DNA from: Macrostomum lignano
Taxonomy: Eukaryota
Length of the DNA stretch: 64,000 bases
NCBI GenBank assembly: GCA_002269645.1
Contig: NIVC01000012.1
Span: forward strand, 1,550,001 to 1,614,000
Reading direction: 5' to 3'
Shown here: positions 48,123 through 59,000 of the stretch, piece by piece
Layout of the letters: each line of letters opens with the position of its first letter
Numbering within the stretch: position 1 is the stretch's first letter
Notes under the pieces: generated by a model
The model's input: the letters and a program-made list of their open reading frames with translations, nothing else
The model's database searches: none
Told to the model about the DNA's origin: nothing
Made by a program: the position numbers and the translations under genes

Positions 48123-48282
48123 CTGCAATGTTAGGGGTACTAAGAGGCATTTTGTAAAGTTGGTTCTCGGGTAATAAAGGTCAGAGGTGTTGAGAGACGA
48201 GGCGCGAGATGGGCTATCATGGAATTTATGTAAGCACATCCCGATCTTCGAGCCAGAGCGCACCAATAAGTTGTACACTCAC

Positions 48283-48425
48283 CTTTGCCCACCTTGAGCA
48301 GAGGGTAGATAAACACTTTGTAGTCGCCTGACCAGGCCACAGCAGCGCTGACGCAAACATTCTTGTCCATTGTTTGCTCTGTGCCCTGAGTGCGGCCGGG
48401 CTTCAGGAACTGGACAGTAGGCAAG
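48283..48425 (-). CDS. WDR93: WDR93 homolog, coding exon 5
   Basis: ATTCACAG acceptor and GTGAGT donor; LPTVQFLKPG...AAVAWSGDYKVFIYPL. Confidence 0.85.
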
Positions 48426-48503
48426 CTGTGAATTTTACCGGTAAATTCACGGGACTTAAAATCATATACTAATCGATAAATACTCGTACTTAGCAATACT
48501 TAC

Positions 48504-48784
48504 GCCATGCTAGCTGCCTGATTCTTGTCGCTGTCCAACAGGTATTTTAACTCTTCTGGTCTTTCCCGTCTAAAATTTGCTTCGCGCAATTGCAGATGCG
48601 GCTGAGTTAGCAAGTGGGCGGCGCCACTGCCGACCACCTCGCCGCTGGAGTCGATGAGTTTAAGGTTTGGCGCGGTGGCGCCGGCTGTGGACGCCACCGG
48701 CTGGGGCTGGCGGACGCGGAGTACCGGTGCCAGCGGGCTGAGCTTGAGAACGGGCACGCGGCCGGCTTCCTCTGAGGCGGTGGG
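48504..48784 (-). CDS. WDR93: WDR93 homolog, coding exon 4
   Basis: TTTTCAACAG acceptor and GTAAGT donor; PVLKLSPLAPVLRVRQPQPV...GSGAAHLL. Confidence 0.85.
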
Positions 48785-50419
48785 CTGTTGAAAAGAGGGT
48801 GTTTTAAAGAGCAGTAGCGATTGGGAAGAATCTGAAGGTCGTTAATATTGCTAAAGGTAGTCGTCGTCGTCAAATTTGTTTAAAAATCACATCAAAAAAT
48901 AAAAATGCAGCCTTTTGCTGCCCGTTTGGCGGGGGTGAATGCCTAAAAATTGGTCGATGAATAAAACGCATATAGTACAGGTTCGGGGATACAGGTGTCA
49001 AACGTCAAAACAAATTAATATTTTCTAAAGCTATATAACATATCAATAAAAATTCATAATTACTTTTATATCTAGTACGCAAGTTTGCGTCCACATTAGT
49101 ACCTATGGGTTAACCTTGATGCTAAAATTGTAAGAAGTCGTTGTATTTATTTGGATAATTTCATTGACCTTGAGGAACGCTAGGGCCTTTGCTTTACATA
49201 AAGTTGACTTCTGCCGTCTATATCAAGGTCTTGGTTTTTCTTCCACGCCAAGGTCATTGGGGCCTGTACTTAACCCAAGGTCACTGTCATTTGAGCCTTC
49301 TCTCGACTCAAGGTTGTTTGGGTCTTTGAAAGTTCTGGTCTACGTTAACTTTTAATGTCGTTTGATTTTCGAAAGGTCATTGGCGTGGTTCAGTGTTGCT
49401 CAATATGTACAAGGTATCATGACATTCGGTAGAAAAACTCATTCAGTTAGCCAAAGAGCGTTGTCTTTGCTTTGAGACTAAAAGGTTTCTAATACGCTTT
49501 GGATATTCTTTTAGTGGTACATTTTGACACAATAACCAAGTCAAACGAATCTACTGGTTTTCTACTGGTCTGGGTCTCTACTACGAGCTGTGTTACCCGT
49601 CGTCTGCTACCGCGCCTCCTTCTACTAGAGCCTCTGATCTCCGCAGCATTGGCCGCCGAAGATGAACGACGACTGCCAGCAACATTTTTGCTGCCGCCGC
49701 CACCACCACCGCTGACTGATCTCGCCGAACGGCGGCTGCTGGCGCGAACTGAAGCAGAAGATTTTCTCGAGGCAGAGCCTCGACTGCTGCTGCTGCCACC
49801 AGCGCTGGACAGAATTGACTGTTTGCGGCCTGAAGGACGTCTCGCTTGACGCTTGAGTTGGTGTGTTGTTGGTTTGTGGCTGTTGTTTAACGGGCTGCCG
49901 TAAGGCGTGGCTCTACCGCTGAATAGATAGAATGGGTCTTCCAGGAGCGTATGCTAGGGCCACCTAAAGATTGGGTCCCTATGGAGTTGCCTTACAAAGA
50001 TGGCATACCTACGGAGGGGTTGGATGCCAACAAAGGCGAAATAGTTGGGTGGTCCTAACTGCGAAGCTGTTGTTTATTTGCAAGGCATGGCACCTCCAAC
50101 CCGCTGAGTAGACCAGGTCCGGTCTCCTCAGAGACCATCATGAGCCGGCGTAAACTACCCATCAGGTCGACCATTTTTGGGCATGCCTAGGAAATCAATT
50201 CCCACACCGAAGAACTGACTATCACCACAATACGCTCGTACACGTGAGAGCCTGTCACTAAGGCACTGAACACATCTCCAATGCCTAGAATCCCTGATTC
50301 CGAGTGGGTCACGCTAACAGGGTACCAACTTCTGGGCTTATGCAGTCCCTTGATCAATTTCCGTGCCTTTCCTTGCCTAAGGTGTTCGATTGCTGGTACC
50401 AGCTTCTGGGGCACGAGGC

Positions 50420-50500
50420 CTGACCAGGTGGTCATGAATGTCAAAGTGAAGAAATTCAATTAAGCGCGGGTAAACGGCGAGAGTAACTATAAATCTCCTA
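50420..50500 (+). rRNA. Isolated ~80-nt 28S rRNA fragment (pseudogenic) ending at the R2 insertion site
   Basis: 50435-50490 TGAATGTCAAAGTGAAGAAATTCAATTAAGCGCGGGTAAACGGCGAGAGTAACTAT differs at ~2 positions from the conserved eukaryotic 28S segment as I recall it; no other rDNA is nearby. Confidence 0.85.
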
Positions 50501-51754
50501 TTGGCCTTTGCATTGTCCTTGTTGGCCTTGTATGGAAATGGAGAGGGGGTTGTGAAAAGAAGACGGACGAGTGGCTTCGGACGAAGATGAGTGTGTCAGC
50601 CGAGTCTAGGAAGTTGGTGTCGGTTAGAGTGCTGGAAGGCTCGGTTTGGTGCGCAGAGGTTTTTCATCGTAGGACGGGGGTTAGGTTTGCACGTACTGGT
50701 GTCCACAGCCGTGGGTGAGGTGAGGTGAGGTGACATGAAAGCCCAAGGCATCCGCCCGGCAGTTCCGTGTATGACGCTGCCTTCTTTAAAAAGTTGGCTG
50801 ATTTGACCACCTGGACGGGGGGTGATGCTACCCGGATGGTGGGCCAGCATAGGCTTGAGCATTAGCTTCGGGAAGAATTTCCGGGACAGCTATATTTGGG
50901 TAAGAGCAATCGTGACTCGTACTCTGACATGCGTAAAGTTGTAGTGCTCAAAAGTCAATGAAATGGGACTAAAGTATCCAGAAGAGCAGTCAGCCACCCC
51001 GCCCCTCCGAGTGAATTCCCATAATAATTAATTTAATAACAAATGGTACCAACTATAGCAATATTGACCACTAAACCGGTCTTAAGCCAAAGTTATTAAA
51101 CATAAAGCGAATAAATCTAACTATTGTTAATGCCTATAGCGTTGCTTATGCCAGTTTTCACGGCAAAGCACTACTACCCTGCAAACCCTTGAACAATAGA
51201 AGCATGAGTTTTTTGAGCCATATAGTTCTCATAACTTATTAATAAACAATCTCTCTAAATTAATGGCATCCAGAATTGTGGAACTCTTAAAGAAAAATAA
51301 CACGGTTAAGAAAGTAAAAGAAAGCTTAGCTTGTGTTTTACTGGATGAGGCAGATTGGAAAAACGGTATGTACGTGTAGTTTCTGTTATATTGCATGCAT
51401 AATGCTGCTTTAGACTGTCTGCATCAGATGCTTGTACGGTTTAATTTCTGGAACGAATAAGCTTGGCGTGCTTTCTTGGTTTCATTGACGCGCGCTTGAA
51501 CAATTGGACTGTGAAACTCTTGTGGGCAAACACGCAGAGCTGATTAAACCGCAGTTGCCGCCCTCTCTCTTGTCGTCCCACACGGCCCTGCTCTGCCCCC
51601 ATAGGCTTAAGGCACAGTTCAGTGAGAGAAGAGCCCGAGGCCTTTCAAGCAAAAAATGCCAAGTTATAACTAGCTAATGCTAATAAGTTGAGAGCAAAGT
51701 TGCAAGAGCCGGCCAACTCAGACTCTGGGTGGAGAGATTCGAAATAGACGAATA

Positions 51755-52141
51755 ATGCCTATTATTGCGTACTGCTATCGCCTCATCACAGGCAGGTATC
51801 CGCGCTACGTTGAGTACTCGGTAAGGATGCTGGCTCTACTGGCAGGCGTCTGTCTGATATTCCTTCTATCCTGGATGCTGCTGCTCAGAGCTGACGAGTC
51901 CAACTCCGCCACGCTGAACGCAGAGAGGCTCGCTCTGAAAGAAGCCAGTCTGGCGCGCGGCACCGTCCAGCACGCCTGGAGGCAGTACCGGCGCCATAGT
52001 TGGGGCGCCAACGAACTGGCGCCGGGTGCTGCGGCGCCAAGTAAAGAGGCCGATCGATTGGTTGGAAGAAAATCCGGCTTAACTATTGTTGAAAGCTTGG
52101 CAACTCTGCATCTGATGGGACTGGACGAGGAGCTGCTGCAG
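51755..52141 (+). CDS. GH47 class I alpha-1,2-mannosidase-like protein, exon 1 of 2 (type II anchor)
   Basis: Anchor LALLAGVCLIFLLSWMLLL; VQHAWRQYRRHSWGANEL; GLTIVESLATLHLMGL; donor CAG|GTGCGT, phase 0. CDS join(51755..52141,52425..53840) = 600 aa. Confidence 0.85.
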
Positions 52142-52424
52142 GTGCGTCATCAATATGGTTCACAGTTCGAAATATTTGGAGGTTTAACTAGCAGCCTTAA
52201 CCCTTGCAATCTCCCCCAAGTGGGTCCTGCAGGCATCTCAGCGACTCCCCCAATGAGCTTTGGCATTTCAGCAACTTTCAGCAAGAGTAGATATGTAAAA
52301 ACGAAGCTGCATATAAACAAATATGAAAATGGAGTTAAAAATGATAATTTCTGTCATTAAAAAACTCAAATCTCTGAACTGAAAAGTAAATAATTAACTT
52401 GGCAACCCGCTTTCTCAATCGCAG

Positions 52425-53840
52425 GCACAAGAATGGATTGACAACCGTTTCGACTTTACTAACACCACTGAGCCCGTGAGCACAGCGGCGACCAGCTCTC
52501 GCTTGCTCGGCGGCCTGCTATCGGCGTTCAGCCTCACCGAACACCTGCCGTTTCTCTACAAAGCCCTCCAGGTAGCCGAGGGCCTACTAGTGGCGTTCGA
52601 CACTCCGTCCGGTTTGCCAGCATCAGTTGCTGTCCCCTTCCAGGGTCCCGTGGCCGCTGGCCGATTCATCAGTCTAGGCGAGATGTCGCAGTTGTACCTA
52701 GAGTTTGCCTACTTGCACCGGCTGACCGGCTTGCAGAAGTACGGCAACGCTGCCGACGCTATTCTGGCGCCGTTGCGACGACATATGGACGCTCGAATTG
52801 CTTCACGCGGTAAGGCGAAATTGGCGAATGACTCAGCAAGCATCGATTTTGGCTGGTCACCGCCCGGCGCTTGGGATGTTCGCACTGGCGCTCCAACGAT
52901 TGGCGCCGCATCGAACCTGTCGGGCGTACTAACGCTGGCCGAGGTGACAATCAAGGCGCACCTGTTGCTAGACGGGGATCGCGACGCTTTGAGCTTGTTT
53001 CAGGAGCTTCTGTCGGGTCGCTTACGCCTCGATGCTTGGCTGAACTGCCAGTCCGGGGTTGAAGAAGATGAGTGCGGCTTCAACCTTACCGTCTGTCAAC
53101 TAGTAGAGACTCTCCTACTCAGCATGGGCCAGTCCCGGGATCCCTTTGTGCAGCGGGATCTGGCCTACCAGTTGGGGGATCTCTGTCTGTCAGCCGTGCA
53201 GCTCGGCAAGGTCAACTGGTGGCCAGATCAGCTGGTGCTCCGACGATCCGTTGCTCGGCACAGCTTTAAGCTGATGGAAGCGGCTGCGAACGTGCGCTAC
53301 TCCGCTCGGCCGGAACCGGTTTTAGCCGGCCTGCTGCTCTGGAGTCGACGGCGTCGGATGCGCCACCTGCGGCTGCTCAGCCTGACTCTCCGCTCCATCG
53401 CTCGACTGATGCGAGGATCGAACGGCTACGAGGGACTCCGTCGGGTGGCGGCTGCTGGCAGCCCAAAATCCAGTCTGCTTCAATCGGACAACCGTCAGCC
53501 AAGCTACCTGCTCGGCCAGACACTAAAGTACATCTACATGGCGTTCAAGCCTAATCGGTTGAACTTAGTCAGCGGCGAGTGGGTGTTCAACACGGCGGGC
53601 CAGCTGCTGCCGGTGTGCAGCGGGCGCCAGTTTGGTGAGCTCAGGCAGCTGGTGCTGAAAAACTGGATCGAGGTGCGTCGCCAGCTGGAAGTTCTGGCGC
53701 TGGTGCGGCTGAATCGGCGCCGCAAAGGGTTCGGCATCGACTTGGACGAGTTGAGGGGCGCTGGTAGCGTTAGGTCACGTGATCTGCCAGGCACTCTGCT
53801 GATTGCTGTGGCTCCTGCATTACTGACACTTTTCGCTTGA
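52425..53840 (+). CDS. GH47 mannosidase-like protein, exon 2 of 2, degenerate active site
   Basis: TCAATCGCAG acceptor; AQEWID..., RLLGGLLSAF, AFDTPSGLP, LYLEFAYL, RPE, TLKYIYM, WVFNT. Confidence 0.88.
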   Translation, partial: AQEWIDNRFDFTNTTEPVSTAATSSRLLGGLLSAFSLTEHLPFLYKALQVAEGLLVAFDTPSGLPASVAVPFQGPVAAGRFISLGEMSQLYLEFAYLHRLTGLQKYGNAADAILAPLRRHMDARIASRGKAKLANDSASIDFGWSPPGAWDVRTGAPTIGAASNLSGVLTLAEVTIKAHLLLDGDRDALSLFQELLSGRLRLDAWLNCQSGVEEDECGFNLTVCQLVETLLLSMGQSRDPFVQRDLAYQLGDLCLSAVQLGKVNWWPDQLVLRRSVARHSFKLMEAAANVRYSARPEPVLAGLLLWSRRRRMRHLRLLSLTLRSIARLMRGSNGYEGLRRVAAAGSPKSSLLQSDNRQPSYLLGQTLKYIYMAFKPNRLNLVSGEWVFNTAGQLLPVCSGRQFGELRQLVLKNWIEVRRQLEVLALVRLNRRRKGFGIDLDELRGAGSVRSRDLPGTLLIAVAPALLTLFA

Positions 53841-54229
53841 CAATTATTGATGTAATTTAGTTGAAGTAAGACAAAATTTTTTGTATATTCATGTTTTATA
53901 TAAACAAATTTTAAGAATCTTCGCCAATGCAAGCGCTGGCAGAAGAACTACATATCAGTTAAAACACAAAAATGCTTCACTACTTGAAGTGGCTCTTATA
54001 ATTTATTTCAGCAAGTAAACAGCTCCTTTGCAAGGTGAAAATCTCTGTTTACGAGTCTTGATGAGTAGCAAAACGTTAAATTAAAATTTAATAAAAAACT
54101 TTGGAACATAATTTCTGACCGGCCTACTTATAGTAGCGCTGGTAGAATAGGATGAGGGGAAATTGTGTTGCACAAAAACTGTTGCATAGAGATCAATGGG
54201 CATAGAGATCAGGCTGTAGCACTGCTTAC

Positions 54230-54417
54230 CCCAGAAGCGTCGCCTTCAGCTCCATTCGTAGCAACGTCTCCAATCCCGTCTTCTTTGATGGCGCCCGCTG
54301 CTCCAACGCCACCGCCAGCCTGAGGATTCGGCTTGCCAGCCTGCTGCTCCACTTCCTTAGCCCAGGCGTCGCGTGGGACCCGATGAAATTCCAACGTCAC
54401 GGCTTTGGTTGACGCGT
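54230..54417 (-). CDS. WDR93: WDR93 homolog, coding exon 3
   Basis: AAATTAG acceptor and GTAAGC donor; LEFHRVPRDAWAKEVE. Confidence 0.8.
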
Positions 54418-54470
54418 CTAATTTTGGCAAGACAAGCGTTGAGCATTGGATTTGTAGTTTGGCGTTAAAT

Positions 54471-54754
54471 CAGGGGGGTCGGCAAACTCCGGCCCGCGAA
54501 GAAGCCTCTCTATCCGGTCTTTTAAAACTTCACAATAGAAATCTGACCTGCTCAACGTTTGTCTCCTCTCTCTCTCTCCTCATGTCCTAATTAGTCTCTC
54601 ATCTCTTCTCGTTTATTCCCTCGTCTCTCTTTCTCCTATCTCTGTTCTCTGTTCTCTATTCCCTCTACTCTCTCTCCCCTCCTCTGGCCAGCAGTCATGC
54701 GCCAGGTTCTCTACGAGCGTATTTGGCCCTAGAGGTAAAAGTTGCCGACCTCTG
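54471..54754. mobile_element. hAT (Charlie-like) MITE relic
   Basis: Ends CAGGGGGGTCGGCAAAC...GTTGCCGACCTCTG and internal GGCCCGCG; the 8-bp flanks do not match, so the TSD is decayed or absent. Confidence 0.65.
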
Positions 54755-54991
54755 CTATAATATTAACAAGTTCTGATTAGATTTGGTTTGGCTATCCGTC
54801 TCACTGACTTACTGCCAATTATACTGTCAGTAATTTTGGCTCAAAAGGGCTTGATTGGGTCTTTAAATCTGTTTCCATTAACGTACTGTGACCACGTTAA
54901 TCTAATCTCATTTGTTCTAATCCTAATTCTCGACGTCTATTAAACAAGAACAGCACAAAATCGAAATACAAACAAGAAGAGAAAGAATTAC

Positions 54992-55425
54992 TTTGCATAG
55001 TCAGAGCCAAATACTCGCCATCGACAGACAGGCACGCAGCCAAACAGTTGATCCGTTTGTCGCCTTCGTCTTCGTTCATTAGCCTAGCCAAGTGAAAGGC
55101 GCTTCCATCCCATAGAAACAGCCGTGCCAGGCCCAGCTCGTCTATGGTAGCCAGCAGGTGCAGGCCCGGCTTCAGCTGGGCTGTGGCCATGTAGGCCAGG
55201 TCAAGTCCAGCCGCTTCAAAAGAGCCTACTGTTGCCATGGAAACGCCGTCCAAAGCGAACAGTTGACCGCCTTCGCAAGCGCAGAATACGTACCGGCTGC
55301 CGTACTGATCCACCGGCTCCTGCTGAAGGTCCGGTTCGTCAGCCGATGGGCAGAGAAACTTGATGGCTGATCGAATGTTTGGCACTATGCGGCACAGATC
55401 GGTGGGCACCTGGGGCGGCTTGTGC
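54992..55425 (-). CDS. WDR93: WDR93 homolog, coding exon 2
   Basis: TTTTCAG acceptor and GTAATT donor; LLATIDELGLARLFLW...LARLMNEDEG...DGEYLALTMQ. Confidence 0.88.
55231..55244. promoter_or_regulatory. Consensus RFX X-box GTTGCCATGGAAAC inside WDR93 exon 2
   Basis: Exact match to GTHNYYATRRNAAC; could be a chance match. Confidence 0.3.
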
Positions 55426-55860
55426 CTGAAAATTGTTTTTTATTTGAATGCGAAATTACCGTAGTTTAAAATGGATGTTAAAACTCGCTAGGCCAAGACT
55501 GCTAGTCATAGCTAGTATTAAACCACTGCGCTAATCACTTCAAGGACGACTAAAGTCAAAGAAAACATTTCTTTGCATGTCCTGAGCGAAAAAGTTTTAG
55601 CGATAGAATGGCCTTCTATTTTGGTTCCTAACCAACTATCGAGCAAAGAAGCTAATCTGTTACCAATAAAAATCAATCCAAGTTCTTATCTGTCCGTAGT
55701 GCATTTTTTGCGCAAAATCAGCCCGAATATTTTTTTGCTTAAGAAACGAAGTTTCCCGTCGTTTCAACTGAAGTCATTCTTGGCTCAACAACACTGTGGT
55801 CCGCAATTTTAACAGTCCCTGGTAGAATCGTATACTCGCTACCTGCAAGCTGCTCCTTAC

Positions 55861-56081
55861 CTGGCCTGCTCGTGTTCTCGTTCTTCTTCGCGAGAGAAAA
55901 TTTCTTGAAAGGAGCGCTCTAGCAGAGTCTCGATGAGCTTGTCAATAAGCCGATAGGGCTGCGGCAGCGGGTCCCGGTGCTTATCCGGGTCCAGCACGAA
56001 GTCTGCATCGATATCTGGATTGGGCTCGGATAGTTGCGACAGGCTCGGCGAGTCCTGACGCTTGCGCATGTAGACTGGCAT
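55861..56081 (-). CDS. WDR93: WDR93 homolog, coding exon 1
   Basis: FVLDPDKHRDPLPQPYRLIDKLIETLLERSF resembles the WDR93 N-terminal motif as I recall it (DPDQ..DSLPQPYRMINKLV). The ten exons total 2325 nt (774 aa) with all phases consistent. Confidence 0.88.
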
Positions 56082-59000
56082 GGTTGGAGTGTAGATTTGG
56101 CTGGCTGAAAATAAAATATTTCCTCAGTTTTTAGCATAAAATTAAAACAAAAATACCGATATGAAAAATATTTACCGTCTTTTTTACTTTTTACTGCACA
56201 AAAGTCAAATCTATGCGTTTTAAGAATTCTGTTTTCAAACTTTTAAATAACTTAAAAGCCTGCTATTTAAAGATTTTTAGCACGAATTGACAAATCCAAA
56301 TTTATTTTTAGATTAAAAAAGAAATTAAATTGATTTAAATAGAATTAAATTGAAATCTGTCTCAATTAGGATCTAATTCACAATGACAGTTTCTGGTGTG
56401 TTAAAATATTAAAGCAGTTAAATATTTTAGAGAACACACGAGGACACACTATGCCTAACCATATTACAAGAAAAAAAATATTTTAAATGCGTTTAACGAC
56501 AGATGTGTCCAAAGAAATCACATGCTTATTATACATAGCTATAGTGACTTTTAAATGTGGTGGCCAAGTGCAGTGCAATGCAAATATACTGTTTATCCAT
56601 TGTGGAAGTCGCAATAAAAAAATAGAACCTGTACAATAGAGTAGATTGTAGATATAAGTTATAAATGATATATTTACAAACTATAGTCTATTATACGCCC
56701 ATTGCGACTGCCAGTTTGCAATGACAGTAGCGCCTTTACCAATTGTCATATTTCTGTTTTGTATTTTGTATAGATCAAAAAGTCACATTATAGATCGACA
56801 TATCAATAGTCTATAAACTATAAATAGTATGTATTTGCTATAGACTACCAAAGATGCACATGGAATAAGTTGGTTGCTATATTTAGCAGCTTCAAATACT
56901 ATCGCATCGCATGTCTTAAAAAATGTCGCGAATTAACTTAGTTGAACTAGTAAAGTGACCAAAGTAAATGTGAATTTTACACATAGCCTTTTAAAAAAAT
57001 GTCTGTATTCAAATATAAAAACAATTTTACTGCAGAAATACAATTAATAGTACATTTTTTGCAATGTAAACCTCCAAGTTTTTTTTAACATTTTGTTTGA
57101 CTGCTTCAAGTTCGCAAAAAATTTAAGCACCTTTTCAAAAGCAGCTAATTATCGTCGTAAATAAGTATTTTAAATCAGAAAATGCTGCTTCGCAAGAGAC
57201 AATTTTTTATTTTAGTATAAGACGAATTAAAGACGACAAACAATTATTGTTTTCTTGAAAACAATGTGAACATATATAAATTTTTGTGCTTACCTCAGCC
57301 ACTTTCAGTATCCGTGAACAATTTAGGTCTACTATGACTCCACGAGTCTGATGACAATATTTTTTTGCTTTTAATTTTTTTATTATTACTCCTCACACTC
57401 ACACAGCTACTAACTGTAACCGTCGAGAACAGTGTTATTTTAAATTTAGTTTAATCAGGCTATAGTCAAAATTTGCCTTGAGAATGATATAGCGAAACAA
57501 ACTGGAAGATCGCCTCAAAATCATGCTATGCCTATAGGTGCAACAGAAGCTATCCCATAATATTTTTTGAAGTGTGCTCAGTGGCATAATCAGAAATTGG
57601 CTATCCTATCTATAGATAGAATCGTTCGATAAATTATATTTTTTCGCTTGAATTCAATTCCTTTTTATTTTTAGAGTCGAAAAATATGAGACAAGTGAAT
57701 GAATGAATAGTTTAACATGTTCTGGCAGTGAAATTGTTTGTTTTATTACTTACAGTCAATTGCCACATTGCCATGCTATGCAAGTTGTAGGGCAACCTTC
57801 ATGCTCATTTTTGTGTTGACTAACTCTATCTAAACTAAAGCCAGTAAAATGAATTAACCAAAAATTAACTAAAATGAATAGAATTACTAAATGAGTTAAT
57901 AGGCCTAGTTTAATATGTTCTTGTAGCAAAATTGTTTGTTATAGTCCATCGCCACATTGCCCTGCTATGCAAGTTGTAGGACAACCTTCATATTCATGTT
58001 TGTGTTCACTAATTCTATCTAAAGCCAAAAAATATAATATATGTTGATTTTGTCTGCATGTTTTGTTTGCCACATTTTGTCTATTATGCCTAATAATATT
58101 CATAAAAGAGTCATTTTGTCTTGACTGCCATTAAAATTTTCTAATTTACAATTCAAGCTAATATATACAGTAGTAAGTTCTAGCACTCAAAACTTAAAAT
58201 ATAGAGCAATTTTAATCCAATATAATATTTGTTATAAATATAATTTACAATAAATTTGAAATTGAATACAAAAAATGTGGCATATGTGCACTTTTTGGCC
58301 AAGTCATATAATGCATCTAGATATTGACAATTTGTACTGATTAAAAATTGTGGCCTTTCTTTAAGGTTACACTATATATAATTTAACTGGGTAGTGTAGT
58401 AACAACCTAACTTGAAATTTTAGTCTATGTTGGCATGTTATACTCATGTGCTAACTTGGTAATATGCAGTTGATGCAGATTTGTAAGTGTTATAATTTTC
58501 AATGTTCATTAATGTAGGACTATAAATAATTATATTCAATTCAGTATATATATTAAATACAAAAATTGTTTTAAAGACAACTTATAATTTTTATTCAAAC
58601 AAATGAAATACATATGTTTGTTTTAACTCAAAATTAAAAGTCCATTTATTGTAGACCGCCATAATTCTAGGACCTACTTCCAATTCATTTGCTAGAAACA
58701 ATTGTTTTATATGCTATCAGATGAAAGAAGTCAGCATAATAAAATTATTGCACATTGTCAGTTATACTTCTGTAGGTGGTATAAGTACAATCAAACTTGA
58801 GACCATTGGTCCTCTAGCTATCTAGAGAGTAGTAGTCCAAAATCAAAAAAACAATAGATTGACTTGAATCTTAATATTGGCAACTTGGCAGCTATTTTTT
58901 TTTCATTTCAAATCTATTTCCCTTTGAAAGCTACCTTGAACTGTCATAACCTTCTGACTATAGACATATTTTTGTGCTTTTTGAATGCCAAACTGATTAT

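Noticed and set aside
50187-50434. Minus-strand frame with ...HSESGILGIGDV, faintly like the GGLGI motif of R2/NeSL RT thumbs
   Set aside because: Similarity is too weak by eye, and the orientation is opposite to that expected for R2 relative to the 28S fragment.
52142-52360. C-terminal 70 aa of ORF 51755..52360
   Set aside because: Intron read-through; GH47 homology resumes in frame after the 52424 acceptor.
57730-58025. Two ~100-bp imperfect direct repeats ~195 bp apart in AT-rich DNA
   Set aside because: An ordinary local duplication with no TSD, internal ORF or terminal motifs.
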